DNA of 64,000 nt, taken from IMG/VR virus record IMGVR_UViG_3300038451_000147, positions 32,001-96,000 of that record; one strand, written 5' to 3'. Positions 41,101-50,337 of this stretch are shown here, one piece after another (position 1 is the stretch's first letter; each line of letters opens with the position of its first letter). This DNA is from a virus. The notes under the pieces are model-generated. The model did no database searches, had not been told where the DNA came from, and saw nothing but the letters and a program-made list of their open reading frames with translations. Made by a program: the position numbers and the translations under genes.

Positions 41101-41902
41101 TCTGATGGGTTAGATTGAAGGCTGTCTTAGATGCCGCACCACCGATAGCTCCTGCTGAAGTCTGATGAGATATTGTAAATGCTTTAGAAGCGGCATTTCC
41201 AACAAAGCCAGTTGATGTTTGATGTGTCATCTTTATGGCCTCTGAGATTCCTGAACCTATACTCCCACTGATGGCTTGTGCGCCTCTGAGTTCGGCCATA
41301 CAACCGCCCCAATAGGCGGTATTTGTCCACGAACAAGCGATAGTCGTAGAACCCGGCGTGGCTCGGGTATTATCAATCATTATACTACTCATGCCCGTTG
41401 TGGTTCGAGCATCTCTTTGGTTGCCCGTTGTTGCAGAGGCTAGGTATGCGTTGTCAATATCGAAGCCACCAACAACCCAATTATTAGGGTCTTTTGTAGT
41501 GTCCGAGTTTGAGGCTGTATTCTGTCGTACAGCAGGGTCTTGCGCTTCGTGAAGATTGCCAAGTTTGATGACTCCTGTGTAAGATGATGTGCTACCAAGG
41601 AATCGTCCATTGGCCGCCATTGTAATCTTGATTACGTTGGAAGCATTCGCATTGACCGCACCTTTGCACGCCCAAAGTTCGCCCGATGAGAGGTCTTGAG
41701 AATCACTGTAAGAATCAACATAAACGTAAGTATTCAAGGCTGTGTCGGTTATGGTTGAGACTCCGATAGCACCTGCGATGAGTGCGGTGACGTAGACAAA
41801 AACCCAATCTCCAACCAATGTGGCGATGGCTGGAAGGTTGAGTGTTTTGACTAAGGCTGAACTCTGGGTGGCTCCGGTATCGTTCTTCTGAGCAATAGTC
41901 AT
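38192..41902 (-). CDS. Long repetitive fibre protein (1236 aa)
   Basis: N-terminal ~200-aa beta domain followed by roughly 50 degenerate ~19-aa THQ..SG.IG....G repeats. Confidence 0.7.
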   Translation of the reverse strand: MTIAQKNDTGATQSSALVKTLNLPAIATLVGDWVFVYVTALIAGAIGVSTITDTALNTYVYVDSYSDSQDLSSGELWACKGAVNANASNVIKITMAANGRFLGSTSSYTGVIKLGNLHEAQDPAVRQNTASNSDTTKDPNNWVVGGFDIDNAYLASATTGNQRDARTTTGMSSIMIDNTRATPGSTTIACSWTNTAYWGGCMAELRGAQAISGSIGSGISEAIKMTHQTSTGFVGNAASKAFTISHQTSAGAIGGAASKTAFNLTHQTATGSVGNAIADSVKMTYQTVVGSMGNAGSGAIAITHQTIGGSIGTSLVGVAVTALVTYVYGAIGSALSTLTGISQQIVSGVLGESATEAIEITHQEVVGSIGDAISGTTEITHQTVSGLIGSSLSGALVMTYQTISGAIGAAISEIVETEQVVAGSIGDAISGAIEMIYQTAAGAIGDSASGAIITNDVVSGSIGDSVSGVIEMTHQEISGLIGDDVSGTLAITHQETSGAMGDIASGALAVTHQETSGSLGNSLAGTFAILSQLVSGILGTEATETLIISDAVSGSIGNTASGELFVTHQEVSGLVGTDASGTFVVTLQNIMGSIGSAISGIAIVTSAIQMFGYIGSAILGALITNDVVEGTIGEEASGALEITSQTASGSIGEASSEAIEMTHQEVSGSLGDDLSGIANVIYQAMSGLLGTSATEEVVTGDVISGALGNEASGVTDITHQEVSGSTGLSGFGQSVTHDVIGVNIGAEGIGAVVTRDVVSGELGVEATETSVTNQVVSGTMGEDATGTLAVTHQETSGSIGSQVWSIVNKGLQGVMGTAMSLGIVISQVVHGDIGNEISGTVATNEVVSGTMGAAETGAVLITHQEVSGSLGTNLLGAIKILSQFVSGAINGSISGRSATNQKTFGQIGSEESGEITITHQTTSGALGTAESGQTAITHQKTTGSIGTNALGVLSVISQRVNGAIGDSILGQIITRQKVKGTIGVTETGQTLVASQVVYGSVGARASVVEIIHDLVSGAIGTSLSGKGITRQKVAGTIGLTETGAMTIPHQEVSGQLGTSTTAKEKTFDIISGAIGAAIHLIVETGQVVSGHIGTSSSETFTVTHQTTKGSIGTRLLGVTAALHDVVSGAIGVGVTEKTITHQKVSGSMGDETTSKFAVTHQVVKGEIGTKETGNLVTTLILIFGYMGEGIVGQMRFEWKEFLKLKILSEVKNTTLKTFKKALRLRVVPEEEEDVNT

Positions 41903-41992
41903 CCTATAACCACCCTATTCCAGCCCGATTCAGAGGACATACTAGAGAGTATAGTCCTTCTGAGTTATATAAGGTTGACCCACTTAGACCGT

Positions 41993-42673
41993 CTAAGTGC
42001 AGGTTATCGTATAGGTCACAGCCACCGTTCCGCTTGCGCTTACAACGTATCCTGTTGCGCCATTGGTCTGGTCGTGGGCAAGCAGGTAAATGTTGCTATC
42101 GAAAGTCCCGTAAATTCCGATGTTGCCCCAAGTCTCGTTGCCAGCAGTGCTGTTCGTCATAGTTCCTACAATCAGGAATGTAGTCGTGCTCGATGAAGTC
42201 GAATTGATGGTTCCATCAGCAGTCGCGGTTCCAATGTGCGTTGGAGTCACAGCCCCATCTGCTCCTGCAAGTTGGGTTTCGATTGCTCGGTCTGTCCCGG
42301 CGTTTGGCGCGGTCACACCACTTCCAGCGACTATCTGAATAGCACTACCAACTTTATCTGCCGCCATCGTGTGAGTCGCGTTGGATGTATCGTAAACCAT
42401 AGCCGTGACGATTGCTGTGTGAAGCATAGCCGACATAATGATAGCACAGAAGTTCTTGGTGGACAGGTCGTGCTCCTGATAGGAGTGGTTTGACATCACT
42501 TTGGGACAGTCACACTGAGGGACTATCCTTCGTCTCTCGATGTGGAAGAAAGGCCAACGGGCTTGTTTCACAACTAGAGTCTTAGTCTGAGTCTTATCTG
42601 GAGTCTGGTGAATCGGGCAAGGCTCGAAAACCTTGATGTCCAGACCAATGTGCATACCACCTATTCCTGACAT
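41993..42673 (-). CDS. Fibre-anchor/collar-like structural protein
   Basis: IVAGSGVTAP..TDRAIETQL, NIGIY, VAVTYTI pattern of tail-collar-like proteins. Confidence 0.5.
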   Translation of the reverse strand: MSGIGGMHIGLDIKVFEPCPIHQTPDKTQTKTLVVKQARWPFFHIERRRIVPQCDCPKVMSNHSYQEHDLSTKNFCAIIMSAMLHTAIVTAMVYDTSNATHTMAADKVGSAIQIVAGSGVTAPNAGTDRAIETQLAGADGAVTPTHIGTATADGTINSTSSSTTTFLIVGTMTNSTAGNETWGNIGIYGTFDSNIYLLAHDQTNGATGYVVSASGTVAVTYTITCT

Positions 42674-42726
42674 ATCTAAGTATTAGTAGGATTCGGGAGT
42701 ATTTAAGGCTTGCTGACTAAGGTTGT

Positions 42727-43389
42727 CTAGTATTGCGTAATGTTCAGCGTTAGTATCCAGAGTTGGCCAGCACCCTTCAGTCCTTCATCCTGCACATATC
42801 TGTCCATGAGAAGGATGTTCACGTTATCATAACTGGTGACAACAGAACCGGGGCCATCAGCCGCATCGTTGTCAACTCCGAAGGTTGTCCACTCCCATTC
42901 AGCAATACCAGTCGGGAAGGACGCTTCCCATGTGATTGTGTCTCCTATAGTCGCGTTGGTAGTAATCTGTGGATAGGTTGGGTCTATGGTTTGCATATAG
43001 AGATTCGTGGCTCCGCCAATAGGATTCAGGACAGTTACGCTTGTGTCGAAAGGAGAAGATGGGTCGTCTGAGACTCCAAGCCTTGAATTGGTGTTATTGA
43101 AGTAGAGACCACCACTACCAATTACAAAGCCCCATCCAAGCGGCTTGTAGTCGTCGAGCAGACTGTTTGGCCCAATCACGGTCTTTTTGATTAGTTTGTG
43201 ATGGAACTTTGTCATGGCTTCTCCAACAGAATGCCCCTCTTTCTTCCAGTTGTAAATTGCGTTATCTGGGTCTTTGAAACGGGCGATTGTGAATGTGGCC
43301 CTTCTAGGATTGGAAAGCATCAATTCTCTTGCTATCTGTGGAGTCATTACTATCGGCCTTTTAACTACTTCTGGAACTGCGGTGGCCAT
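42727..43389 (-). CDS. Fibre-anchor/collar-like structural protein
   Basis: RLGVSD, ITWEASFPTGIAEWEWTTFG, LLMDR..GLKGAGQLWILTLNI. Confidence 0.55.
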   Translation of the reverse strand: MATAVPEVVKRPIVMTPQIARELMLSNPRRATFTIARFKDPDNAIYNWKKEGHSVGEAMTKFHHKLIKKTVIGPNSLLDDYKPLGWGFVIGSGGLYFNNTNSRLGVSDDPSSPFDTSVTVLNPIGGATNLYMQTIDPTYPQITTNATIGDTITWEASFPTGIAEWEWTTFGVDNDAADGPGSVVTSYDNVNILLMDRYVQDEGLKGAGQLWILTLNITQY

Positions 43390-43439
43390 TCTAATGTATA
43401 GATGGTAGCAGTAGTATTTAAGCCCTTCGGCTGAAGGGA

Positions 43440-43543
43440 TTTAAAAACGTGGGAAGGGGTAGCCCACTAAAGGCGGCTACGCCCTGCTTTCAGTTAACTC
43501 TCCGAAGGGAGTGTGTTGTATGGTTGGCTTCTAGTGAAAGACT
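43440..43543 (-). terminator. Structured 3' UTR and oligo-T terminator of the capsid operon
   Basis: ACTCCC-TTCG-GAGAGT and GTAGCC..GGCTAC hairpins followed by TTTTT. Confidence 0.5.
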
Positions 43544-44479
43544 CTACGAAGACCGCAAGTCGGTCATCTTCACAATACTTTCTGGGTATGTGATGACGGG
43601 CGCGTATCTTGCAGTAATCACAGTGTCTATCGAGTCGAAAGTCGGTTGCGGCCAAACATCTACGCTGATGGGTCTCTTAGTCGCAAAGTAGCCCAACGGG
43701 GCGTATGCGGCTGAGTAGTTGCTACCTGAAGCGGCAAGGATGTAAGCCCTACCACTGTTGGCAGTTCCATCAGTCAGAGGGATGTTCGGGGTGACTATCC
43801 GCTTAAGTCCATACAGCGCAGGGGCGGAAACGACTGTTCCCTGTCCCTGTTGGTATACGGGCTGTCCGAAGAAGAGTAGTGCGGCAAACTGCGGAATCCT
43901 AGCCAAGTCCTGATTCGCCATTGGATTCATCGCAATGGTGTCAGGTTCCAGCATGAAGTTCTGGATGACTTGGATGCCGTTTGTTATGTCGTTAACTCCT
44001 ATCGTGTTAGCGAATGTTCCGGGCGTTCCATCCATGAACACTGAAGTTCCAGTGACACCGTAGGTGGTTTGAGCACCTGCGTTGAGAGCCTTCTCAACGT
44101 CTTGGTCAATCGTCATGACCACTCGTCTCGCGGCTCTTTTCAACTGGTCTTCTACTATGTTCACTATCTGGTCTTCAATCAACTCTCTGGTAACTCGGAC
44201 TCTCATACCCACCTTGTAAGGTGTAACGGTAATCGAGTCGTAAGGTGTGAAGTCGGCCATTATCTCGGCCCCTTCCGCAGTCTTTCCTATAACTGCGTTG
44301 GCGCGAGCACCCTTTTGTTTCGGAATGGTGGCTGTTGAACCAACCTTGATGAAGAAGTCCTGAAGTAGAGGCTTCAATGCCAGATTGGGCATCGTAAGTT
44401 CTACTATCCTCTTCGCCAGTGCTGGATAGAACAGAGCACCAGTGTTAACTATCGGGAACTGCTCTCTTGTCATTGCCAT
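43544..44479 (-). CDS. Major capsid protein, HK97 fold
   Basis: TAEGAEI, ITVTPYKVGMRVRVTRELIED, TIAMNP, LYGLKRIVTPNIP; follows protease, scaffold and decoration genes. Confidence 0.92.
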   Translation of the reverse strand: MAMTREQFPIVNTGALFYPALAKRIVELTMPNLALKPLLQDFFIKVGSTATIPKQKGARANAVIGKTAEGAEIMADFTPYDSITVTPYKVGMRVRVTRELIEDQIVNIVEDQLKRAARRVVMTIDQDVEKALNAGAQTTYGVTGTSVFMDGTPGTFANTIGVNDITNGIQVIQNFMLEPDTIAMNPMANQDLARIPQFAALLFFGQPVYQQGQGTVVSAPALYGLKRIVTPNIPLTDGTANSGRAYILAASGSNYSAAYAPLGYFATKRPISVDVWPQPTFDSIDTVITARYAPVITYPESIVKMTDLRSS

Positions 44480-44498
44480 TCTAACTCACTTGTAGTGT

Positions 44499-44963
44499 CT
44501 AGAACAGAAGGGCAACAATGGATTGAGGAGTGCTTGTCACAGTGCATCCCTGAAGGGCGATGAGCCTTGCGTTTAGTTGGCCAGTTGCCGTATCCGCAAC
44601 CGCAACCATCCCATCGTGTCCAGTGGTGTCTGATGTGTCAAGGAATTGCCCCGGCGTAACTGTGGTATCGCATATCACAGTCACTTCACCACGACAAATG
44701 ACATCAATTGCACTCTGAAGTTGCCCAGATGTCTGAGCGACTCCAAGAATGAACTTGAGTTCTGCGCCTTCCCCTGCTACGGGAACGACACAGGTAAAGT
44801 CATTGTCGGTTGCCAGAGTAACTATTGCTCCTACATATACATTCGTGCCGCTTGCATTCGCCTCACTATTGAAGGTGAGAAGGAACGAGTCGTTGTGGAA
44901 GGGTGCGCCTTCAAGCAGTCCGGGGATTGAACTTCCGTGTAGATAAGGTGGCCCGAAAGCCAT
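44499..44963 (-). CDS. Capsid decoration/cement protein
   Basis: ILGVA, IDVICRGEVTV, VTPGQ, LIAL pattern (DUF2190-like); immediately upstream of MCP. Confidence 0.7.
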   Translation of the reverse strand: MAFGPPYLHGSSIPGLLEGAPFHNDSFLLTFNSEANASGTNVYVGAIVTLATDNDFTCVVPVAGEGAELKFILGVAQTSGQLQSAIDVICRGEVTVICDTTVTPGQFLDTSDTTGHDGMVAVADTATGQLNARLIALQGCTVTSTPQSIVALLF

Positions 44964-44973
44964 TGTCTATTAC

Positions 44974-45498
44974 CTACCCTGAGAGTAGTCCCAGACTCTT
45001 GAACTTATCGGAAGCACTCATGAGTTCCTTGAACTCAGGTGGGATTTCGGTAGAGATACCCATAGCGGCAAGAGCACTGTTCTCTTCTTTTACCTCACCG
45101 ACATTGCCCTTTCCATTGGCAGTGTTGGCAGGTGCAGAAGCAGTGGCCTCTTTCCGTTTCTTGGCCTCTTCCTCAACCTTAGACCGGACTTCCTGAAGCC
45201 TAGACTTCAGTTCTTCCAGTTTCTTCCGCTTTGTGGCTTCCTCTTCCTCTTTCTTGCGCTTCGCCTCTTCGTCCTCTTCAACCTTGCGGTTAGATGCCCG
45301 TCTCAGAGCAATCCTCTGGCTCAGTAGGGCTTGCCTCTTGCGAAGCGAGTCTTGCTGTTCCAGTTTCACATTGACCTCTTTGATTATGGACATCAGACCA
45401 TCAAGTTTGGATTCGAGAGCACCGAATTGCTTCACAACTTGGTCATAAGACAAAGTTTTGCCTTCGCTTATTTCACCAGAAGGTGCGACAGTAGCCAT
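44974..45498 (-). CDS. Capsid scaffolding protein
   Basis: E/K/R-rich coiled coil between protease and MCP. Confidence 0.7.
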   Translation of the reverse strand: MATVAPSGEISEGKTLSYDQVVKQFGALESKLDGLMSIIKEVNVKLEQQDSLRKRQALLSQRIALRRASNRKVEEDEEAKRKKEEEEATKRKKLEELKSRLQEVRSKVEEEAKKRKEATASAPANTANGKGNVGEVKEENSALAAMGISTEIPPEFKELMSASDKFKSLGLLSG

Positions 45499-45619
45499 TT
45501 AGTTTCTTGATTTCTGGGGTGACGTTACATTTACCAATCGGCCAACTACACACCCATATAGAGTAGAAGGTGTCATAAGTGGAGTATATATGGTATACCC
45601 CTTATTTAAAGCCTTCGCC

Positions 45620-47155
45620 TCAGTTCCCGAACATATCGGGTGTTTCATCGCGTCCAATGACATCGAGATAGGTTTCCTCATCAACCATCTGTCCACAGCC
45701 ACAGGGACACTTATACTGCTCCTTGGGTTCAGCCTCTTCTTGTCGTCCCTCTTTCGGAACCTCACCAGAACCACCACAGGTTTCACAATCGGCACCACTG
45801 ATAGGGAACCGTCCTATTCCTGTGCAATCGGGACACCAATCCATCCCCTCATGTGGTTTTATCCTCAACTTCTGCAAAACTCCTTCCTCTTTCCCTGCCT
45901 CTTCATAAACCAAGCAAGGGCAATCTGCCGCGCCCGGAAAATAGGACGTAGGCGCATGACAACCATCTTCTTGATGATACCCTCTCACATGACTGCATAC
46001 ACACTTGCCCTCTTCCTTCTTATCTTTCTCTCCACCTTTCTCCACCAGTGGGAAGTCCTCTAGTGAGCCGCCTTTGGCCTCTTCAGTCTTTGCTCCACAC
46101 ATTTCGCAATCACCACAACGACAAGAAGAAGGACAATTGCATCCGAAATTTTGACAACTTACACCACCCCATGTCTCATCTTCCTCTTCCTTTGGTTCAT
46201 CCACTGGTTGCCCTAGAGATTTCATAAAGGCTTCTTCTTCGGGAGAAAAGCCATACTCCTCTATAGGCTTGTCTAAATCCAAGTCTCTCGCCTTTTGGCT
46301 GTATCTAATCTCAACTCGGTCTTCTGGATAGCCTTCCAAGGCCATTTTTGCCATCCTAAGTTGCATCTCAACCACTTCAGCAGTGACCATTCTGACTGCA
46401 TTCATGGCCTCAAAGAGCATGGGTGTGAAGTTTGGAAGCACGATTTTAGCCGCCTTTGGCACTGGTTTGACCGTTGGCGGTGCTACTTTAGGCTCATAAC
46501 GCGCCCTTAGAGCATAGTCAAGACTGGCTTTGAATCCAAATGGAGTGATGTCAGCGTGTTCATAGGCAGGTATAGCTATGATAGACTGCTCCAAAGCCGC
46601 AGGTCGGCGTATCAACATATTCAAACTGCCGCATCTTGGGCAGGGAAGGTCAAGGTCTTCGATAGCGGCTTCCTGTTCGGACTTGCCTTGAGCGGTCATA
46701 CAGTCATCACAATAGGCATTCGGGACAGCAATCTGGATGCTATTGTGCTTGATATAACCCAAAAGTATCTTCTGAATGATGTTTTCGTCACAAGTTTCAC
46801 CCTTCCAGAAGACTTTTCCAGCCGTTGGGTCGTTCTTGTCTGGCTCTACCCATGCCTCTTCGACCTTCCCGATGATAGAATCAACGTGGTCTATGTCGTG
46901 GTCTTTCATCAGAGGGAGTCCCTTAAGTTGGTCAGCGATGGCTTGAAGGTCTTCTAGAGGCACTCTCCACTTGTTCCGGTTCCGAGAAGTGTCAATGGCC
47001 ATACCACCAAGACCCAGAATGTGTGGAAAAGCACTTGGCCCTTCCTTCTTGTAGTTGTCAATGAGTTCAGCGTATCGCTTGGTCGTAACTAGGGGTGCGA
47101 GACCAGAACTATACTTGAAAGTCAGCCCCTTTCGGTCTGAAGGTATCGGAACCAT
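45620..47155 (-). CDS. Prohead maturation protease with long Cys-rich C-terminal extension
   Basis: NRNKW, GLPLMKDH, IIGKV, HNSIQ, EQSII..PAY. Confidence 0.8.
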   Translation of the reverse strand: MVPIPSDRKGLTFKYSSGLAPLVTTKRYAELIDNYKKEGPSAFPHILGLGGMAIDTSRNRNKWRVPLEDLQAIADQLKGLPLMKDHDIDHVDSIIGKVEEAWVEPDKNDPTAGKVFWKGETCDENIIQKILLGYIKHNSIQIAVPNAYCDDCMTAQGKSEQEAAIEDLDLPCPRCGSLNMLIRRPAALEQSIIAIPAYEHADITPFGFKASLDYALRARYEPKVAPPTVKPVPKAAKIVLPNFTPMLFEAMNAVRMVTAEVVEMQLRMAKMALEGYPEDRVEIRYSQKARDLDLDKPIEEYGFSPEEEAFMKSLGQPVDEPKEEEDETWGGVSCQNFGCNCPSSCRCGDCEMCGAKTEEAKGGSLEDFPLVEKGGEKDKKEEGKCVCSHVRGYHQEDGCHAPTSYFPGAADCPCLVYEEAGKEEGVLQKLRIKPHEGMDWCPDCTGIGRFPISGADCETCGGSGEVPKEGRQEEAEPKEQYKCPCGCGQMVDEETYLDVIGRDETPDMFGN

Positions 47156-47702
47156 CTCGTATTTATAGTGGGAGAACCTCTATTTAAGGCTGTCCTTGAA
47201 TGGGCCTCTCCTTAGTAGAGAACACTACGATAGCCACCTTCGTTCCATAGGTTATCTTGGAGATAGCGGCCTCTCGTTTCCACATATAGGCTTTGGCGAA
47301 CTCGGTTGGCAAGACTACTTTCACCTTTCCATCCACAGAAACCACCTTGGCCTCAAACTTCTTATGTGAAGCGAACTCCAAAGCCTTGTGCTTCTCTTGA
47401 GTTATGTAGAACTCGTCCTCACTAGGGGCGTAGATGAAGGCTTTGTCACCCCATTCCTTGGCGGTAACTAGGTCTCCTAAAGGCAGGTCTATGGTTTCAG
47501 TCGTGGTGGCCATTGTTTCTCACCTTCCGAGATAGCGGCTTCGTGCTTATAGGGATTATCTCTCGTATGACTATCCACCACACTCCACAGTCGAGACAGT
47601 CATAACGAAGAGGGCCACCCCACCCTTCTGGATGAAGGTCGGGACGGTAGGGTTGCTCAGTCGGTCTCTTTGAAATGTTTAGACTCCCACACGCTTCGCA
47701 CT

Positions 47703-48002
47703 TCAACTGCCATCTACTGTGAGTTTCCCATACTTCCCTACGTTGAGGCGGATGACCTTCTGGAACTCTGAGACGAACCCATTGGTGATGGCCACAAGAG
47801 AATCTTTCTTGACCCTTTTGATGTCATCGTTCCAAAGCGACAGAGTGATGCTTCCTGTTGCATCCTGAATCTTCGCATCTGCCACCTGTGCTGTCCCACC
47901 TGCTCTCAGGTTGACAGTCTTAGGGTCACTAAGTTCTTTCACAACCCCAGAGGCATCTACCTTCCTCATTCCGTTCTTTAGGTCGCGTATATCCATAGGC
48001 AT
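47703..48002 (-). CDS. ssb: Single OB-fold SSB of TACK type
   Basis: IRDLKNGMRKVD, TVNLRAGG, DATGSITLSLWNDDI, ITNGF, LNVGKYGKL. Confidence 0.9.
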   Translation of the reverse strand: MPMDIRDLKNGMRKVDASGVVKELSDPKTVNLRAGGTAQVADAKIQDATGSITLSLWNDDIKRVKKDSLVAITNGFVSEFQKVIRLNVGKYGKLTVDGS

Positions 48003-48017
48003 AGGATGGTTTCTAGC

Positions 48018-48533
48018 CTATATAAAGGTTTGGGCTTCTTGCTCCAACTTAGTCACTTCGTTCTCAACTCCTTCGACTTCTTTATCAAACTCGTCTTGTG
48101 GTATTGACAAAGCAGTTGGCGGTAAGTCTTCCGCAATATCCGCTACGTTCTCTGGACTATACTCGCCATAGTTTATGAGGATTTCTTCTCCCACTTCAAT
48201 GGGTCTAAGAGTAACCAAGTCTCCTGTGCCAGCCTCAAAGTCGAAGTTCACAAACCTTGCATTGGGTTGGTCGCTGTGGTCTAGAAAGTTGCTCCATACT
48301 CCTTCACCCGATTCAGGTTCAGACCAATAGAGGTCTCCAACACGAAGGACAGCCCAATTACGGGAAGGGTCTATCTCCTTTACAAAAGGAGCCTGAAAAC
48401 TGGAAATCGTCTCTCCCTCTTTAAAGGGTCGAGTGGCAAAGACACCATTGCCATGTGGACAACCCGAAACAGCCACACCCGGCCCTGTTATGGGTTCCGT
48501 TGGAGTTGGATAGCGTCTTGGATGTTCGGACAC
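48018..48533 (-). CDS. SET-domain protein lysine methyltransferase
   Basis: HGNGVFATRPFKEGETI, FLDHSDQPNA, LRPIEVGEEILINYG. Confidence 0.9.
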   Translation of the reverse strand: MSEHPRRYPTPTEPITGPGVAVSGCPHGNGVFATRPFKEGETISSFQAPFVKEIDPSRNWAVLRVGDLYWSEPESGEGVWSNFLDHSDQPNARFVNFDFEAGTGDLVTLRPIEVGEEILINYGEYSPENVADIAEDLPPTALSIPQDEFDKEVEGVENEVTKLEQEAQTFI

Positions 48534-48577
48534 AGTAGACTTTAGGAAGTCGAACTATTTAAAGCCTAGTTCAACGT

Positions 48578-49348
48578 CTACGACCAGATTACCCAGAGTG
48601 GCTGATTGTCGTTGGAGTAGACGATGGTTCCTGTCCTCTGTTCGCCTATAGCGTAGGGCGGGACGTTTGTGTAGTAGAGTCGTGGGTCTCCAACGATTAT
48701 GAATGTGTCTCCACCTGCGGCTGTCGGTGCTACTCCGAATGTGCCAGTGCAGGTTATTATTGTTGCTGTATTCGATGCAATGATTAGTTGCAGTCCAATC
48801 GCGGGGCCAGTAAGGAACTTGATGTAGGCATTCGCCAAATAGTTCACTGGTAGTTTCAAAGGAGAAACAGTTACCGTTGCGTTTCCTGCGTTTGTTGAGG
48901 CTGAAGATACTCCTACCAGATTACCCATATCAGGAGTGTAAACTATCTCGACTCCACCCAATTGGATTGTCTGCTTTGGAACTTCTGTGCTCCAGAAGGC
49001 TGAACCACCCGGGCCGAGTTGCGACATTCCGCCAGCCGCAAGGCTCTCCACTGTTCCTATTGGAGTTACAATGAACGACTTTGATGCAGTAGCCGCGCTA
49101 CTGTCTATCGCAGTGACAGTCTTAGTGCCATACCCTAAAGTGGCCATCGGAACTACGAAGGTTCCAGTCCAAGTGCCAGCATTGGCAATCGTTATCGTAC
49201 TTGGCAGAACAGTTGCAAAGACATCCACACCACCAATGGTGACTGCTGTTATTGTGGCCGCACCGCCACCTGTGTATCCTGCTCCTGTCATGGTGACAGT
49301 AAGACTACCCGCACCAGATGTTGGACTTAGCGTTAATGTGGCTGTCAT
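48578..49348 (-). CDS. Ig/TIG-like virion surface protein
   Basis: LTLSPTSG...GTWTGTFVVP N-terminal Ig-like domain shared with 51741-53219; carries the shared module. Confidence 0.55.
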   Translation of the reverse strand: MTATLTLSPTSGAGSLTVTMTGAGYTGGGAATITAVTIGGVDVFATVLPSTITIANAGTWTGTFVVPMATLGYGTKTVTAIDSSAATASKSFIVTPIGTVESLAAGGMSQLGPGGSAFWSTEVPKQTIQLGGVEIVYTPDMGNLVGVSSASTNAGNATVTVSPLKLPVNYLANAYIKFLTGPAIGLQLIIASNTATIITCTGTFGVAPTAAGGDTFIIVGDPRLYYTNVPPYAIGEQRTGTIVYSNDNQPLWVIWS

Positions 49349-49592
49349 TCTATCTCTTCTATGGTTTCGGTAGTATTTAAACCTGCTGTCCTCTAGCCAG
49401 TCGGCATACTCTTCATCAGTTCAAAAGACGCTTTGTCTTCGCTCGTCCATCCGCAATTGGAACAGAGTTGCTCCGGCCCATGCACTCCCTCATACGTCTC
49501 TAGTTCGGTGTCTGGGTCTTTACACTTCGGACACTTTGTCATAGCCTAGACTAGAAAGAAATGCTTAATAAAGGTTCTGTGCAAGGGATGGT

Positions 49593-50057
49593 GTGATAGT
49601 AGGTATAGTGGGAGCCGGGGCAGACAAGTTCACCTTAGAGACCGAGATGAAGGCGAGAGCAATAATTCAGAGCGTTCTCATATCCTATCCCAATGCCACC
49701 ATCACTTCAGGTCACTCCATAAAGGGCGGGGTTGACATCTTCACAGAAGGGGGCTTCTATTCGCATCCGACCACTGGCGGATTGTGGATTCGTGCTCCAG
49801 TCATTCAAGCATGGCCCAAGACCGGAAAGGGATACGGTTACATGGCTCGAAACTTGGACATCGCCAATGCTGACCTAATTGTGGTCATTGTGGTAAAGAA
49901 CTACCCACCAGAATACAAGTTCGAGTCTTGGGAATCAAAGACCCCATACTGCTATCACTGCAAAGAATTGAGGGAACCTCATGTGAAGAGTGGCGGTTGT
50001 TACACCGGAATGAAAGCCTTAGAGTTTGGTCACGAAGCGATTTGGTATATTCTCTAA
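49593..50057 (+). CDS. SLOG (YspA/DprA-like) family protein
   Basis: IVGIVG, ITSG..GGVD, GYMARNLDIA. Confidence 0.6.
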   Translation: MIVGIVGAGADKFTLETEMKARAIIQSVLISYPNATITSGHSIKGGVDIFTEGGFYSHPTTGGLWIRAPVIQAWPKTGKGYGYMARNLDIANADLIVVIVVKNYPPEYKFESWESKTPYCYHCKELREPHVKSGGCYTGMKALEFGHEAIWYIL

Positions 50058-50337
50058 GAATCTTTATAAACCACCATTCCCATTCTCTTAGTATGCTATC
50101 CCTTTACTGTCCAAATGGTGAAGTTCACTCCTTCGACCTCAAGTCTTCAGGAAAGCCAAAGCAGGGATACGGGTATCCCACTTACGACAAGATTCCTTTG
50201 GTCGAAGAGAAGGTGGCGACCTGTTTGAAATGTGGCTATACCGTTTTCCTCACAATAACGACTACAGCCAAAACAATGTAAAATGACAATTATGGAATCC
50301 CTTAAATAGTCGTATGTCTATAAGGTAATGACTTAAC

